Positions 29,881 through 48,540 of a DNA stretch of 64,000 nt are shown one piece after another. The DNA is taken from assembly GCA_965250285.1 (NCBI GenBank), contig OZ252299.1:1152001-1216000 (forward strand), read 5' to 3'. Both the position numbers and the translations under genes were made by a program. Each line of letters opens with the position of its first letter. Positions within the stretch are counted from its first letter, which is position 1. This DNA is from Myxococcota bacterium (GTDB lineage Bacteria > Myxococcota_A > UBA9160 > UBA4427). Under the pieces are notes generated by a model. The model worked only from the letters and a program-made list of their open reading frames with translations, ran no database searches and was not told the origin of the DNA.

Positions 29881-31158
29881 GTGGGCGACGAGTGGGATCC
29901 CCAGAGCTTCGACGAGGCCGCCGCCGGCGCGCTCGAGTCGCTCGACCTCGCGCCCGGCACGCTCCAGCGTCCGCTTCGAACCAGTCAGCGCAGCGTTCTG
30001 CTCGAGCGCCGATTCGGTGACGGGCCCAGCCCGATTCCGTGGGATCGAGACCTCGTGCTCACGGCCGACGTGCGCGCGTTCGCGCTCGCTGACTTGCTCA
30101 AGCTGATCCACTCGAGCCGCAAATCGGGCTACCTGCTCTTCAATCACGAAGACCACGAGAAGAGCGTGTTCATCCATCGCGGTGAGGTGGTCTTCGCGAC
30201 CTCGAATCAGCGGGTCGATCGCCTGGGTGAGTGTCTGCTGCGCGAAGAGCGCATCTCGACCGAGCAGCACGCCGAGGCCGAGCGCCGCTTCACGCGCGAG
30301 GGTCGGTTCGGCAAGGTCCTCGTCGAGCTCGGCGTGTTGACACCCCGCGATCTGTGGGATGCCGTGAAGCTCCAGGTCGAAGAGATCGTGCGCTCGCTGT
30401 TCGCGTACGCGGCGGGCGAGGTGCACTTCTGGGAGGGCGAGATCGAGCCCGACAATGTCGTGCGCCTCTCTCTCCCGACGAAGCGCTTGATTTCGGAAGG
30501 GCTCCGTCGCCGCGACGAGCTGATGCGCTTTCTCACGACCCTCGAAGCGCCGACGACGAAGCTCGAGGTGCTCGACGCGATGCAGGGCACGATGTCGGCG
30601 AGCGAGCGGTCGTTCATCGACGGTCTGGCGTCGGGCGACGAGTTCAGCTCGATCTGCCGACGCATCGGTCTCGATCCGCTCTCCGCGGCGCGCACCGTCA
30701 AGCTGTTGATCCTGGCCGGGGCGGTCCGCCTCGACAAGGGCGAAGCCAGCGAGACCGACGACCTCGGCGCGACGAGTGAGAGCGTCGATTCGGAAGCGCG
30801 CATCTGCCAGGCCGTGAACGATCACCTGCGCCTGCTCTCCGAGCTGCTCGCCCCGCTCATCGCCATGGAGGGCCCGAGCGACGTGGCCGACCGGCTCGCC
30901 GCGGCGATCGCCGAGGTCGCCATGCGCCACCCGGGTCTGCTCGGCGACGTGCCGCTCACGCCCGAGGGCCTGCCCGAGCCCGACGGGCTGCTCATGCGGG
31001 CCCTTCGTGTGGCGGGCGACCGCGAGCGGATCGTTTCTTCGGCGCTCACCGAGGTCGCCGCGTATCTCGAGTTCGAGCTGCGCAACCATCCTCAGATCGA
31101 CGACGCGACGCCGTATCTCGAGGCCGTCGAGCCCCTGCGCGCGCGCCTCGAGATCTGA
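29881..31158 (+). CDS. DUF4388 (PatA-N-like) domain protein
   Basis: LADLLKLIHSSRKSGYL...GEVVFATSN...RLGECLL...FGKVLVELG. Confidence 0.8.
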   Translation: MGDEWDPQSFDEAAAGALESLDLAPGTLQRPLRTSQRSVLLERRFGDGPSPIPWDRDLVLTADVRAFALADLLKLIHSSRKSGYLLFNHEDHEKSVFIHRGEVVFATSNQRVDRLGECLLREERISTEQHAEAERRFTREGRFGKVLVELGVLTPRDLWDAVKLQVEEIVRSLFAYAAGEVHFWEGEIEPDNVVRLSLPTKRLISEGLRRRDELMRFLTTLEAPTTKLEVLDAMQGTMSASERSFIDGLASGDEFSSICRRIGLDPLSAARTVKLLILAGAVRLDKGEASETDDLGATSESVDSEARICQAVNDHLRLLSELLAPLIAMEGPSDVADRLAAAIAEVAMRHPGLLGDVPLTPEGLPEPDGLLMRALRVAGDRERIVSSALTEVAAYLEFELRNHPQIDDATPYLEAVEPLRARLEI

Positions 31159-31352
31159 TCCGCCCCTGATTCCAGCGCTCCGCCGAGCCCTCGAGGCCCC
31201 TGCCCCCGTTCGTGCTCGAGGCGGGGCCAGGCCCCGTCTCTGCACCCATCGGCGAGGCCGAAGGCAGGCCGAGGCGTGCTGCTAGGCTCGGCCGCCGAGC
31301 GAGGGCTGGCCTCGCACCGCAGGCGAAGCGAGCCATCGACGGAGGAGCACGC

Positions 31353-32198
31353 GTGGCGCGCCGAAGGGATTCGGGATCGCGAGGCGCTGGCGCACGCCCG
31401 GCCCGAGGGCGCGGGCCGGGGCGAGGACGACGGTCCGGCGGTCGCGAGTGGATTCACGGGCTGCACTCGATCGCCGAAGCGCTGGCTGCGGGCCGCCGCG
31501 AGCTGCATGCGCTGTGGCTCCGAAAGGGCCCGCCGCGCCGCGAGCTCGAGCCGCTGGTCGAGGCGGCCCGCGCCGCCGGCGTGCTCGTGAAGAGCGCCGA
31601 GGCCGACGAGCTCACCGACCGGCTCGCCGACGACGGCATCAACTGGCAGGGCGCGCTGCTCGAGGCCGGGCCGATCCCCGAGCTGGCGGGCATCGGGCCG
31701 CTGCTGCGCGCGCAGCCCGAGGGGCCCGTGCGCCTCGTAGCGCTGGACGGCGTCGAGGACCCCCAGAACGCGGGCGCCATCGCGCGGGTCGCCGATGCCG
31801 CGGGCGTGGGCGGGCTGCTGATGACCGAGCGGCGGGCGCCTCCGCTGAGCGCCGCCGTCTCGCGGGCCAGTGCCGGCGCCATCGAGTGGCTGCCGACGGC
31901 TCGGGTGCCGAACCTCGTGCGCGCGCTCGAGGGGCTCAAGGAGCGGGGGGTCTGGGTGCTCGGGGCCGACCTGCGCGACGCCGAGCCGCTCTGGCGGGTC
32001 TCCGATGCGCTCTTCCAGGGCGACTTCGTGCTCGTGATGGGCGCCGAGGGGCGGGGGCTGCGGCCCAGCACGCGCGCTGCGCTCGATCTCGCCGTCGAGA
32101 TTCCGATGGCCGGCCAGGTCGCCTCGCTCAACGTGGCCACCGCCACCGCGGTCCTGCTCTTCGAGGCGATGAGGCGTTCTGCCCCCAGCGGGGAATGA
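31353..32198 (+). CDS. rlmB: 23S rRNA (guanosine-2'-O)-methyltransferase RlmB (TrmH/SpoU family)
   Basis: LDGVEDPQNAGAIAR, GAEGRG and IPMAGQVASLNVA motifs; GGAGGA RBS before GTG 31353. Confidence 0.88.
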   Translation: MARRRDSGSRGAGARPARGRGPGRGRRSGGREWIHGLHSIAEALAAGRRELHALWLRKGPPRRELEPLVEAARAAGVLVKSAEADELTDRLADDGINWQGALLEAGPIPELAGIGPLLRAQPEGPVRLVALDGVEDPQNAGAIARVADAAGVGGLLMTERRAPPLSAAVSRASAGAIEWLPTARVPNLVRALEGLKERGVWVLGADLRDAEPLWRVSDALFQGDFVLVMGAEGRGLRPSTRAALDLAVEIPMAGQVASLNVATATAVLLFEAMRRSAPSGE

Positions 32199-32283
32199 GT
32201 CAGGCTTCACCGACCATTCGAGTTTGCCCGACCAGACGGCAAAAAATCTTGCAAGGACGTGTGGATCCGGGCCTTCCCCCGGG

Positions 32284-32311
32284 TTGCCGGGCCGACTTCC
32301 TCCGCTATGTT
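32284..32311 (+). promoter_or_regulatory. Candidate sigma70 promoter of the tRNA-tuf operon
   Basis: TTGCCG-N16-TATGTT just upstream of tRNA-Thr. Confidence 0.5.
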
Positions 32312-32329
32312 CTGCGCCCTCGATTCCAG

Positions 32330-32405
32330 GCTGGCGTAGCTCAACTGGTAGAGCACCGGATTTGTAATCCGAAGGTTATGGGTTCGAGTCCCCTCGCCAG
32401 CTCCA
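32330..32405 (+). tRNA. tRNA-Thr(TGT)
   Basis: Cloverleaf with TTTGTAA anticodon loop and encoded CCA. Confidence 0.96.
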
Positions 32406-32452
32406 TTCGGTGTGTTTCGGATCCGCTCCGACGCCCGTTGGAGCAGCACAGG

Positions 32453-32467
32453 TGGCACGCGCATTGC
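32453..32467 (+). promoter_or_regulatory. Sigma54 (-24/-12) promoter consensus
   Basis: TGGCACGCGCATTGC, an exact match to TGGCACG-N4-TTGC. Confidence 0.6.
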
Positions 32468-32941
32468 GTAGCCACCATCATGTGTCGGGCGACGGGGCGG
32501 GTCTGGCGCGAGCGCGGTCCGACGCACACGGTCCGCACGATGCAACGCGCACGAGACGGGCACGGCGAGCGAAGCGGCGAAGCGAGACGGCAGGAAGCAC
32601 GGCGATTAGGCGTAGGCGTAAGGGCGACGGCGGCCGCAATGGCCGAGAGATAGACGACAGACAAAGACAGATCAGGTTCCAAGGGGTCGACGGACTCTCC
32701 CGCACGTTGGAGTGCCGACCTTCCCGACGACGCATCGAGGCTAGCCACAGTGCAGGCTCGATGAAGCAACCCAGCGTCGATCGGGTCGGTGCATTCGTGA
32801 CAGCGGGCTTCGTGCGCTCTGCACGAAGAGAGTAAAGAGTCGACGTCGAACGCGCCCAGCGAACCGATCGTGGAATGAACGACGACGGATCACCAGGGAG
32901 GGTGTCGCGAGCGAACGTGCTGAGCACACCCGCCTGGACCT

Positions 32942-33027
32942 GGAGAGGTACCGAAGCGGTCAACCGGGGCAGACTGTAAATCTGCTGGCTCATGCCTACG
33001 GAGGTTCGAATCCTCCCCTCTCCACCA
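32942..33027 (+). tRNA. tRNA-Tyr(GTA)
   Basis: CTGTAAA anticodon loop, long variable arm, encoded CCA. Confidence 0.96.
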
Positions 33028-33173
33028 CATATCGACCATCCACCACGCGCGCGTGCGAACGCGGGCGTGCGGCATGGGAAGGAAACGAAGCGGACGCCCC
33101 TGAACGGGTCGGATGCGGGCCCGTTGCGGGTCGGGATCCGGACGGCAATGCGCGAAACATGCGCCGGGAATGC

Positions 33174-33247
33174 GCGGGAATAGCTCAGTTGGCTAGAGCA
33201 CAAGCCTTCCAAGCTTGGGGTCGCGGGTTCGAGTCCCGTTTCCCGCT
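33174..33247 (+). tRNA. tRNA-Gly(TCC)
   Basis: GCGGGAA/TTCCCGC stem, CTTCCAA loop; followed by CCG, so CCA is not encoded. Confidence 0.95.
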
Positions 33248-33430
33248 CCGCCCAGCCCGAGAGTCGCAAGCCGAGAGTCGAGAGCTGCGAGCCGAGAGCC
33301 GAAAGCCAAGAGTCGAGTCGGTGCCCGACCGGCATGGAGAGGGTCGAGGCGGTCGAGGCGGTCGAGACGGATGGGGCGCGAAGAGCTGCGACGGAGCGAC
33401 GTTCGAGGAAGAGCCGCTGCAAAGTAAGAC

Positions 33431-33506
<76 letters not shown>

Positions 33507-33763
33507 GACAACGCCCGGCCCGGGCGCACGCGAACACGGTTCACGTGGCAGGGGCAGAAGCGGGAAGCAAGGAGCAGGAAGCAAGACCCGAGAAGCAAGC
33601 ACCGTACGCAAGTCGATCGAAGCAACGAAACCCAAGCAAGGCCAGAAAAACGCCAACCAACGCCAACCAAGGCACGCAGCACCGCGGGGTGCGAGCTCGG
33701 TGAGCCGAGCAGGGCGCGAGAGAGCGTCTGCTCCAGCCGAGCGGAGAAAAGGAACGAACGAGG

Positions 33764-34954
33764 ATGGCCAAGGAGAAGTTCGAGCGGACGAAGCCCCACG
33801 TGAACGTGGGAACGATCGGACACGTTGACCACGGCAAGACGACGCTGACGGCAGCGATCACGCAGCGGCAGGCTGCGAAGGGTCTGGCGGATCAGATGCG
33901 TTTCGACCAGATCGACAAGGCACCGGAGGAGCGCGAGCGCGGTATTACGATCGCGACGGCGCACGTCGAGTACCAGACCGAGGGTCGCCACTACGCGCAC
34001 GTCGACTGCCCCGGCCACGCGGACTACGTGAAGAACATGATCACGGGTGCCGCTCAGATGGACGGCGCGATCCTGGTGGTGTCGGCAGCCGATGGCCCGA
34101 TGCCGCAGACGCGCGAGCACGTTCTGTTGGCTCGCCAGGTGAACGTTCCGTACATCGTGGTGTTCCTGAACAAGGTGGATCAGGTCGACGACGAGGAGCT
34201 GCTCGAGCTGGTCGACATGGAGATCCGCGAGCTTCTGAACGGCTACGAGTTCCCGGGCGACGACATCCCGATCATCCCGGGCTCGGCGCTGAACGCGCTC
34301 GAGGATCCTTCGAACGACGAGAACAACAAGTGCATCGATGATCTGATGGATGCGCTGGACGCGACGATCCCCGAGCCTGAGCGTGCTCTGGACAAGGACT
34401 TCCTGATGCCGATCGAGGACGTGTTCTCGATCACGGGCCGCGGGACGGTTGTGACGGGCCGCATCGAGCAGGGCGTGATCCACACGGGTGATGAAGTCGA
34501 GATCGTGGGCATCAAGGACACGACGACGACGACGATCACGGGCGTGGAGATGTTCCGGAAGCTCCTCGATGAGGGTCAGGCGGGCGACAACGTGGGCTGC
34601 CTGCTTCGCGGTACGGCGAAGGAAGAGGTGGAGCGCGGTCAGGTTCTGGCCAAGCCCGGCTCGATCACGCCGCACACGAAGTTCAAGGCTCAGGCGTACA
34701 TCCTGACGAAGGACGAGGGTGGTCGTCATACGCCGTTCTTCAACGGGTACCGGCCGCAGTTCTACTTCCGGACGACGGACGTGACGGGTGTCGCGAACCT
34801 TCCGGACGGGACGGAGATGGTGATGCCGGGCGACAACGTCGAGATGACGGTGGAGCTGATCACGCCGATCGCGATGGACAAGGAGCTTCGGTTCGCCATC
34901 CGTGAGGGTGGCCGCACCGTCGGCGCCGGCGTCGTCGCCGAGATCATCGAGTAG
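33764..34954 (+). CDS. tuf: Elongation factor Tu (copy 1)
   Basis: [14 protein letters not shown] and NKVD motifs. Confidence 0.99.
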   Translation: MAKEKFERTKPHVNVGTIGHVDHGKTTLTAAITQRQAAKGLADQMRFDQIDKAPEERERGITIATAHVEYQTEGRHYAHVDCPGHADYVKNMITGAAQMDGAILVVSAADGPMPQTREHVLLARQVNVPYIVVFLNKVDQVDDEELLELVDMEIRELLNGYEFPGDDIPIIPGSALNALEDPSNDENNKCIDDLMDALDATIPEPERALDKDFLMPIEDVFSITGRGTVVTGRIEQGVIHTGDEVEIVGIKDTTTTTITGVEMFRKLLDEGQAGDNVGCLLRGTAKEEVERGQVLAKPGSITPHTKFKAQAYILTKDEGGRHTPFFNGYRPQFYFRTTDVTGVANLPDGTEMVMPGDNVEMTVELITPIAMDKELRFAIREGGRTVGAGVVAEIIE

Positions 34955-35009
34955 GTCATTCGTTTCGCTCACCGAGGGCCGGGTCGGCCCTCGGTGAGCT
35001 GAATGACCT
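34953..35009 (+). terminator. Long stem-loop after tuf (terminator or stability hairpin)
   Basis: aggtcattc...gctcaccgagggccg-ggt-cggccctcggtgagc...gaatgacct; no clear U-tract. Confidence 0.55.
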
Positions 35010-35105
35010 GGAGTGCGTTCGGGTGACGGGAGCGTGAATCGGTCTCGTCATGCGGGCAGAGGCGGAATCTTCGATCGACAGGGTGAAAATCAAGTCGATC
35101 GATCT

Positions 35106-35181
35106 AGGCGCGTAGCACAATTGGTAGTGCATCGGACTCCAAATCCGGAGGTTGGGGGTTCAAGTCCCTCCGCGCCTGCCA
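35106..35181 (+). tRNA. tRNA-Trp(CCA)
   Basis: CTCCAAA anticodon loop, encoded CCA, upstream of secE. Confidence 0.96.
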
Positions 35182-35217
35182 CATCAAGCGCTGCTTCGAG
35201 CTGTAGGTGACACCGCA

Positions 35218-35424
35218 ATGGCCGACGAATCGACGAACCCCGTGAAGAACGCGACCTCGTATCTGAGCGAGGTGCGTGGCGAGGTCGACAAGATCGTTTG
35301 GCCGCAGCAGGACGAGGCGATCGCCGGCACAGTCGGCGTGCTCGTCATCGTCGCCGTCATTGCGACGGTGCTCGGTCTGGTCGATTTCGGCTTGAGCCGG
35401 GTGATGCAGGTGATCCTGCAGTAG
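35218..35424 (+). CDS. secE: Preprotein translocase subunit SecE
   Basis: EVRGEVDKIVWP followed by a TM helix; lies before nusG. Confidence 0.92.
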   Translation: MADESTNPVKNATSYLSEVRGEVDKIVWPQQDEAIAGTVGVLVIVAVIATVLGLVDFGLSRVMQVILQ

Positions 35425-35510
35425 CAGGCAGCTCGTCGGGGCCTCGCCCCGATCAATGGATGCGGTCGATTGAGTCACGGCCGTGTGTGCGACGACACCA
35501 GGGGGGTCGG

Positions 35511-36041
35511 ATGTCCAAGAAGTGGTACATCGTCCACACCTACTCCGGGCAGGAGAACAGGGCGAAGAAGGCGCTGCTCGAGCGGGCCGCTTCGCTGGGC
35601 TTCGAAGAAGCCATCGACGAAGTGCTCGTCCCCGAGGAGAGCGTCGTCGAGACGGTGTCGGGTCAGAAGCGCACGTCGAAGCGCAAGTTCTTTCCGGGCT
35701 ACATCATGGTCCGGATGGAGCTGAACGACGAGACGTGGCACGTGGTCAAGGGCACGCCCAAGATCACGGGCTTCGTTGGTAACGCGACGGATCCGCCGTC
35801 GATCTCCGATGAGGAGGTCGCGCAGATGACGCAGCGGGTGAAGGAAGGGGTGGCCAAGCCCAAGCCGCTCATCCGCTTCGATGAGGGCGAGAGCGTGCGA
35901 GTGGTCACTGGGCCGTTCGCCAACTTCTCGGGCTTCGTCGACGAAGTGATGGAAGACAAAGAGAAGCTCAAGGTGATGGTTCAGGTGTTCGGGCGAGCGA
36001 CGCCCGTCGTGCTGGACTACGCGAGCGTAGAGAAGGCCTAG
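35511..36041 (+). CDS. nusG: Transcription termination/antitermination factor NusG
   Basis: WYIVHTYSGQE, FFPGY and KOW domain motifs. Confidence 0.97.
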   Translation: MSKKWYIVHTYSGQENRAKKALLERAASLGFEEAIDEVLVPEESVVETVSGQKRTSKRKFFPGYIMVRMELNDETWHVVKGTPKITGFVGNATDPPSISDEEVAQMTQRVKEGVAKPKPLIRFDEGESVRVVTGPFANFSGFVDEVMEDKEKLKVMVQVFGRATPVVLDYASVEKA

Positions 36042-36050
36042 GAGAATCCG

Positions 36051-36476
36051 GTGGCCAAGAAACTGAAGGCAATCGTCAAGCTGCAGTGCCCGGCGGGCCA
36101 GGCGAATCCTGCGCCGCCCGTGGGTCCGGCACTCGGCCAGCATGGCGTGAACATCATGGAGTTCTGCAAGGCGTTCAACGCGCGCACGCAGGACCAGCAG
36201 GGGATGATCATCCCCGCTGAGATCTCGATCTTCGCGGACAACAGCTTCACGTTCGTCCTCAAGTCGCCGCCCGCGGCCGTCCTCCTGAAGAAGGCGGCCA
36301 AGATCAACAAGGGCTCGGGCGAGCCGAACCGCACCAAGGTCGGCAAGGTGACGCAGGCGCAGCTGGCCGAGATCGTCGAGATCAAGAAGAACGACCTCAA
36401 TGCCCACGACCTCGAGCAGGCGAAGAAGATCATCGCCGGCACGGCGCGCTCGATGGGCCTCGAGGTGGAGGGCTAG
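36051..36476 (+). CDS. rplK: 50S ribosomal protein L11
   Basis: [21 protein letters not shown] motif. Confidence 0.98.
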   Translation: MAKKLKAIVKLQCPAGQANPAPPVGPALGQHGVNIMEFCKAFNARTQDQQGMIIPAEISIFADNSFTFVLKSPPAAVLLKKAAKINKGSGEPNRTKVGKVTQAQLAEIVEIKKNDLNAHDLEQAKKIIAGTARSMGLEVEG

Positions 36477-36478
36477 GC

Positions 36479-37189
36479 ATGCCGAGTCAGAGCAAGCGAT
36501 ACAAGCAGGCCTTCGAAGCCGTCGACGCCGACCGGCTCTATTCGCTCGAGGACGCCTTCGAGACGATGCTGGAGCTGCCCACCGCGAAGTTCGACGAGAG
36601 CGTCGACATCGCCATCAACCTTGGCGTCGATCCGAAGCACGCCGATCAGATGGTGCGCGGCGCGATCGTGCTGCCGCACGGCGTGGGCAAGGACGTTCGG
36701 GTGCTCGTGTTCGCCAAGGGCGACAAGGAGAAGGAGGCCCAGGAAGCAGGGGCCGACTTCGTGGGCGGCGACGAGCTGGCGAAGAAGATCACGGACGAGG
36801 GTTGGCTCGAGTTCGACCGGGTGATCGCGACCCCCGACATGATGGGCGTGGTCGGCCGTCTCGGTAAGGTGCTCGGCCCGCGCGGCCTGATGCCGAACCC
36901 GAAGCTCGGCACGGTCACGCCGAACGTGGCCCAGGCCGTTTCGGATCAGAAGTCGGGCAAGGTCGAGTACCGCGTCGACAAGAGCGGGATCATCCACTGC
37001 GCGATTGGCAAGCGCTCGTTTTCGCACGAGAAGCTCGTCGAGAACGCGTCGGCCCTGATCGACGTCGTGCTCAAGGCCAAGCCTGCCTCGGCCAAGGGCA
37101 CTTACATGAAGAAGATCGCCGTCAGCACGACGATGGGGCCGGGTATCAAGGTCGATCCCGCCGCTCGCCTGACGGTCGACGCCGCATAG
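36479..37189 (+). CDS. rplA: 50S ribosomal protein L1
   Basis: KFDESVD and [11 protein letters not shown] motifs. Confidence 0.98.
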   Translation: MPSQSKRYKQAFEAVDADRLYSLEDAFETMLELPTAKFDESVDIAINLGVDPKHADQMVRGAIVLPHGVGKDVRVLVFAKGDKEKEAQEAGADFVGGDELAKKITDEGWLEFDRVIATPDMMGVVGRLGKVLGPRGLMPNPKLGTVTPNVAQAVSDQKSGKVEYRVDKSGIIHCAIGKRSFSHEKLVENASALIDVVLKAKPASAKGTYMKKIAVSTTMGPGIKVDPAARLTVDAA

Positions 37190-37203
37190 GGAGGAGTCGA
37201 ATC

Positions 37204-37743
37204 ATGCTGACCCGTGCGCAGAAAGAAGAAGCGGTCACCACGCTGAGCGACAAGTTCACCCGCGCTACGAGCGTGGTCGTCGCCGATTACCGTGGTCTCA
37301 ACGTTCCCGAGCAGGAGGAGCTCCGCAGCAAGCTGCGCGAGGCCACCGATGGGGAGACCGAGTACCAGGTGGCGAAGAACTCGCTGCTGAAGCTCGCGGC
37401 CAATGGCTCGACCACCGAGGTGCTCAGCGAGCACTTCCAGGGCCCCACCGCCGTGGCAATCTCGTTCGGGGATCCGGTGAGCGCGGCGAAGGTGCTCGTC
37501 GACTACGCCAAGGATCACGACGCGTTCGAGATCAAGGGCGCAATGCTCGACGGCAAGGCCCTCGACGAAGGCGAGTTCGCGAAGCTCGCGACGCTGCCGA
37601 GTCTGCAGGAGCTGCGCGGCAAGCTGGTGGGGCTGCTCCAGGCCCCGGCCGGCAAGCTCGCCCGCCTGCTGAACGAGCCCGCAGGCCAGATGGCCCGCAT
37701 CGTCGCCGCTCGCAAGGACGCCCTCGGCGAGGCCGAGGGATAG
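37204..37743 (+). CDS. rplJ: 50S ribosomal protein L10
   Basis: DYRGL, KNSL and LATLPS motifs. Confidence 0.97.
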   Translation: MLTRAQKEEAVTTLSDKFTRATSVVVADYRGLNVPEQEELRSKLREATDGETEYQVAKNSLLKLAANGSTTEVLSEHFQGPTAVAISFGDPVSAAKVLVDYAKDHDAFEIKGAMLDGKALDEGEFAKLATLPSLQELRGKLVGLLQAPAGKLARLLNEPAGQMARIVAARKDALGEAEG

Positions 37744-37911
37744 AAGAAGGAAGACGCCGGAGCCGGAACGGCCGGCTCCGGGCAACGATCGAATTGCCGC
37801 TCGCTCATGCATGGGTGCTCGGCAGAAGAAATTCGAGATTGAAAACGCGGGCGGGAGGAGGGGGCACCCCTCTGTTCGACCGCCCCGAACCCAAGAAGGA
37901 ATCGTTCCAAA

Positions 37912-38292
37912 ATGGCCGATCTGAACGAAATCGCAGAAACGCTTTCGAGCCTCACGGTGATGGAGGCGGCCGAGCTCGCCACGCTTCTCGAGGAGAAGTG
38001 GGGCGTCAGCGCCGCCGCGCCCGTGGCCGTCGCTGCTGCCGCTGGTCCCGCCGCTGCAGGGGGCGAGGCCGCCGCTGACAAGACGGACTTCGACGTGATC
38101 CTGACCGCCTTCGGTGACAAGAAGATCCAGGTCATCAAGGAGGTGCGCGGCATCACGGGCCTCGGTCTCAAGGAGGCCAAGGAGCTCGTCGAGGGCGTGC
38201 CGAAGCCGCTGAAGGAAGGCGTCGAGAAGGATGAGGCCGACAAGATCAAGGCTGCAATCGAAGAAGCGGGCGGTCAGGTCGACATCAAGTGA
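37912..38292 (+). CDS. rplL: 50S ribosomal protein L7/L12
   Basis: EEKWGVSA and [12 protein letters not shown] motifs. Confidence 0.98.
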   Translation: MADLNEIAETLSSLTVMEAAELATLLEEKWGVSAAAPVAVAAAAGPAAAGGEAAADKTDFDVILTAFGDKKIQVIKEVRGITGLGLKEAKELVEGVPKPLKEGVEKDEADKIKAAIEEAGGQVDIK

Positions 38293-38489
38293 GGCTCGCT
38301 CCTTGTGAGCCTCGCAGAGCGCTCACGCCCACAGGGGCGTCGAGCGCCAAACTCGCTTCGTGGTCGCGAGTGACGCATTCGTGCGTCGCATCGCGTCGTT
38401 TGCGGGTGGTGCATTCGTGCGCCGATTTGTGCTTCACGCTGGCGGTGCCCACGTGCACCGCCAGCGCTTGACCGGGGGGATCGGTACCC

Positions 38490-42668
<4,179 letters not shown>

Positions 42669-42784
42669 AAGTCATTCCACCCGGGTCGGCCGCATGTCGA
42701 CCCGGGGCCCAGCCCACCCGGCCGGCCGTGCCGTTCGGGTCAAGCAGTTCCGAGTATCGAGAACGAAGAAGGGAGACAGCCACC

Positions 42785-46966
<4,182 letters not shown>

Positions 46967-46995
46967 GCCCACACGGCACTGAAGCCGAGAACCAA

Positions 46996-47036
46996 ACACC
47001 GGCCGGGTGTCCTTCGGGACCCCGGCCGGTGTCGTT
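46996..47036 (+). terminator. Stem-loop after rpoC (probable intrinsic terminator)
   Basis: acaccggccggg-t-gtcc-TTCG-ggac-cccggccggtgt with a weak U tail. Confidence 0.65.
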
Positions 47037-47190
47037 CAGGGCGGCCGATCGGCGAGGTGGGATGCCCCCGAACGGTGTCTTAGGCGCTACGGCCCGGGGG
47101 GACGCGGCGTCGATTCGGAGCGCCCGGTCGCCGGCACCCGCAGCGGCGGGCAGTCGGTCTATGTGCCTGAAATTCCGTGCTGGGGCGGCG

Positions 47191-47218
47191 TTGACACCCA
47201 CCTTGGGCTGGCTAGAAT
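47191..47218 (+). promoter_or_regulatory. Sigma70 promoter of the str operon
   Basis: TTGACA-N16-TAGAAT, about 260 nt upstream of rpsL. Confidence 0.8.
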
Positions 47219-47478
47219 GCGCCCGCTTCTGCGACAGGGGCCGCTCTCCGCGGTCCGCTTTCAGTCCCTCGGAGAGAGGGCCCGAGTCAGGCGCCAACGA
47301 CTCCGGTCTCTTCGATGCTGGAAAGCGGTACCGGGGGGACATGCGTCTCTGGCTTTCCCCTTTTCCGCGAGCGACCACTGGCGATCGACTTCGCCGAGTT
47401 CGTTCGTGCTCCGGTTCCAACGACATCCCCACCGCGCATCACGACGCATGTGCGGTACCAGGAGGCGGTCAAGCACTC

Positions 47479-47853
47479 ATGCCGACCATCCAGCAGCTCA
47501 TTCGCAAGCGACGCAAGCCGAAGCCGGCCAAGTCGAAGTCGCCCGACCTCGCCAAGTGCCCCCAGCGGCGCGGCGTGTGCCTGCGCGTCTTCACGAAGAC
47601 GCCGAAGAAGCCGAACTCGGCCCTTCGCAAGGTCGCGCGTGTGCGTCTCACCAACGGCAACGAGGTGAACGCGTACATCGGCGGTGTCGCGCACACGCTG
47701 CAGGAGCACTCGGTCGTGCTCGTGCGCGGTGGCCGCGTCAAGGACCTGCCCGGCGTCCGCTACCACATCGTGCGTGGCACGCTGGATGCGACGGCCGTAG
47801 AGGGGCGCAACCGCGGCCGCTCGAAGTACGGCACGAAGCGCCCGAAGAGCTGA
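47479..47853 (+). CDS. rpsL: 30S ribosomal protein S12
   Basis: [17 protein letters not shown] and RVKDLPGV motifs. Confidence 0.98.
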   Translation: MPTIQQLIRKRRKPKPAKSKSPDLAKCPQRRGVCLRVFTKTPKKPNSALRKVARVRLTNGNEVNAYIGGVAHTLQEHSVVLVRGGRVKDLPGVRYHIVRGTLDATAVEGRNRGRSKYGTKRPKS

Positions 47854-47860
47854 TCCATTT

Positions 47861-47908
47861 CTCGTCGAGGCGCGGCCTCGGCGACTCGTCGAGGCGCGGC
47901 CTCGGCGA
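47861..47908. repeat. Perfect 24-bp tandem duplication of a hairpin in the rpsL-rpsG spacer
   Basis: ctcgtcgaggcgcggcctcggcga x2. Confidence 0.9.
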
Positions 47909-47959
47909 GATGATTCGAAGAGCGAATCGATCGAATCGCTCGAGTCGAGAGACGAATAG

Positions 47960-48430
47960 ATGCCGAGACGCCGAGAAGTACCGAAGCGCGAAACCCCCGC
48001 CGACCCCAAGCACGGCGACAAGCTCGTGGGCCGCTTCATCAATGTGTTGATGAACGATGGCAAGAAGAGCACCGCCGAGGGGATCATCTACGGGGCGTTC
48101 GACGAGATCGAGAACAAGATGCGCAGCGACCCGCTCGCGATGTTCCGCCGCGCCCTCGACAACATCCGGCCGCGCCTCGAGGTGAAGAGCCGCCGTGTGG
48201 GTGGTGCCACCTACCAGGTGCCGGTCGAGATCTCGCCGCAGCGCGCGACGTCGCTGGCGATGCGTTGGCTGGCGCTGTACTCGCGGGCGCGTCCCGGCAA
48301 GAGCATGCGAGAGAAGCTCGCGAACGAAATCATCGACGCGGCCAACGAGCGGGGCGAGAGCGTGAAGAAGCGCGAAGACACGCACCGCATGGCCGACGCC
48401 AACAAGGCCTTCGCCCACTATCGATGGTGA
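47960..48430 (+). CDS. rpsG: 30S ribosomal protein S7
   Basis: [12 protein letters not shown] and [10 protein letters not shown] motifs. Confidence 0.98.
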   Translation: MPRRREVPKRETPADPKHGDKLVGRFINVLMNDGKKSTAEGIIYGAFDEIENKMRSDPLAMFRRALDNIRPRLEVKSRRVGGATYQVPVEISPQRATSLAMRWLALYSRARPGKSMREKLANEIIDAANERGESVKKREDTHRMADANKAFAHYRW

Positions 48431-48540
48431 GCCTTCGCCCTATGTCGACCCGGCCCTAGGCTGGGCGGCGCGGGGTCGAGCGGGCATCTCGAGCGTGTGC
48501 GAAGACGGGAAGCGCGGGTCACCGCGAGCCGAGTAGAGAC

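Noticed and set aside
32410..32835. Protein-coding ORF in the tRNA-Thr/Tyr spacer
   Set aside because: No RBS, low-complexity Arg-rich translation and atypical codon usage
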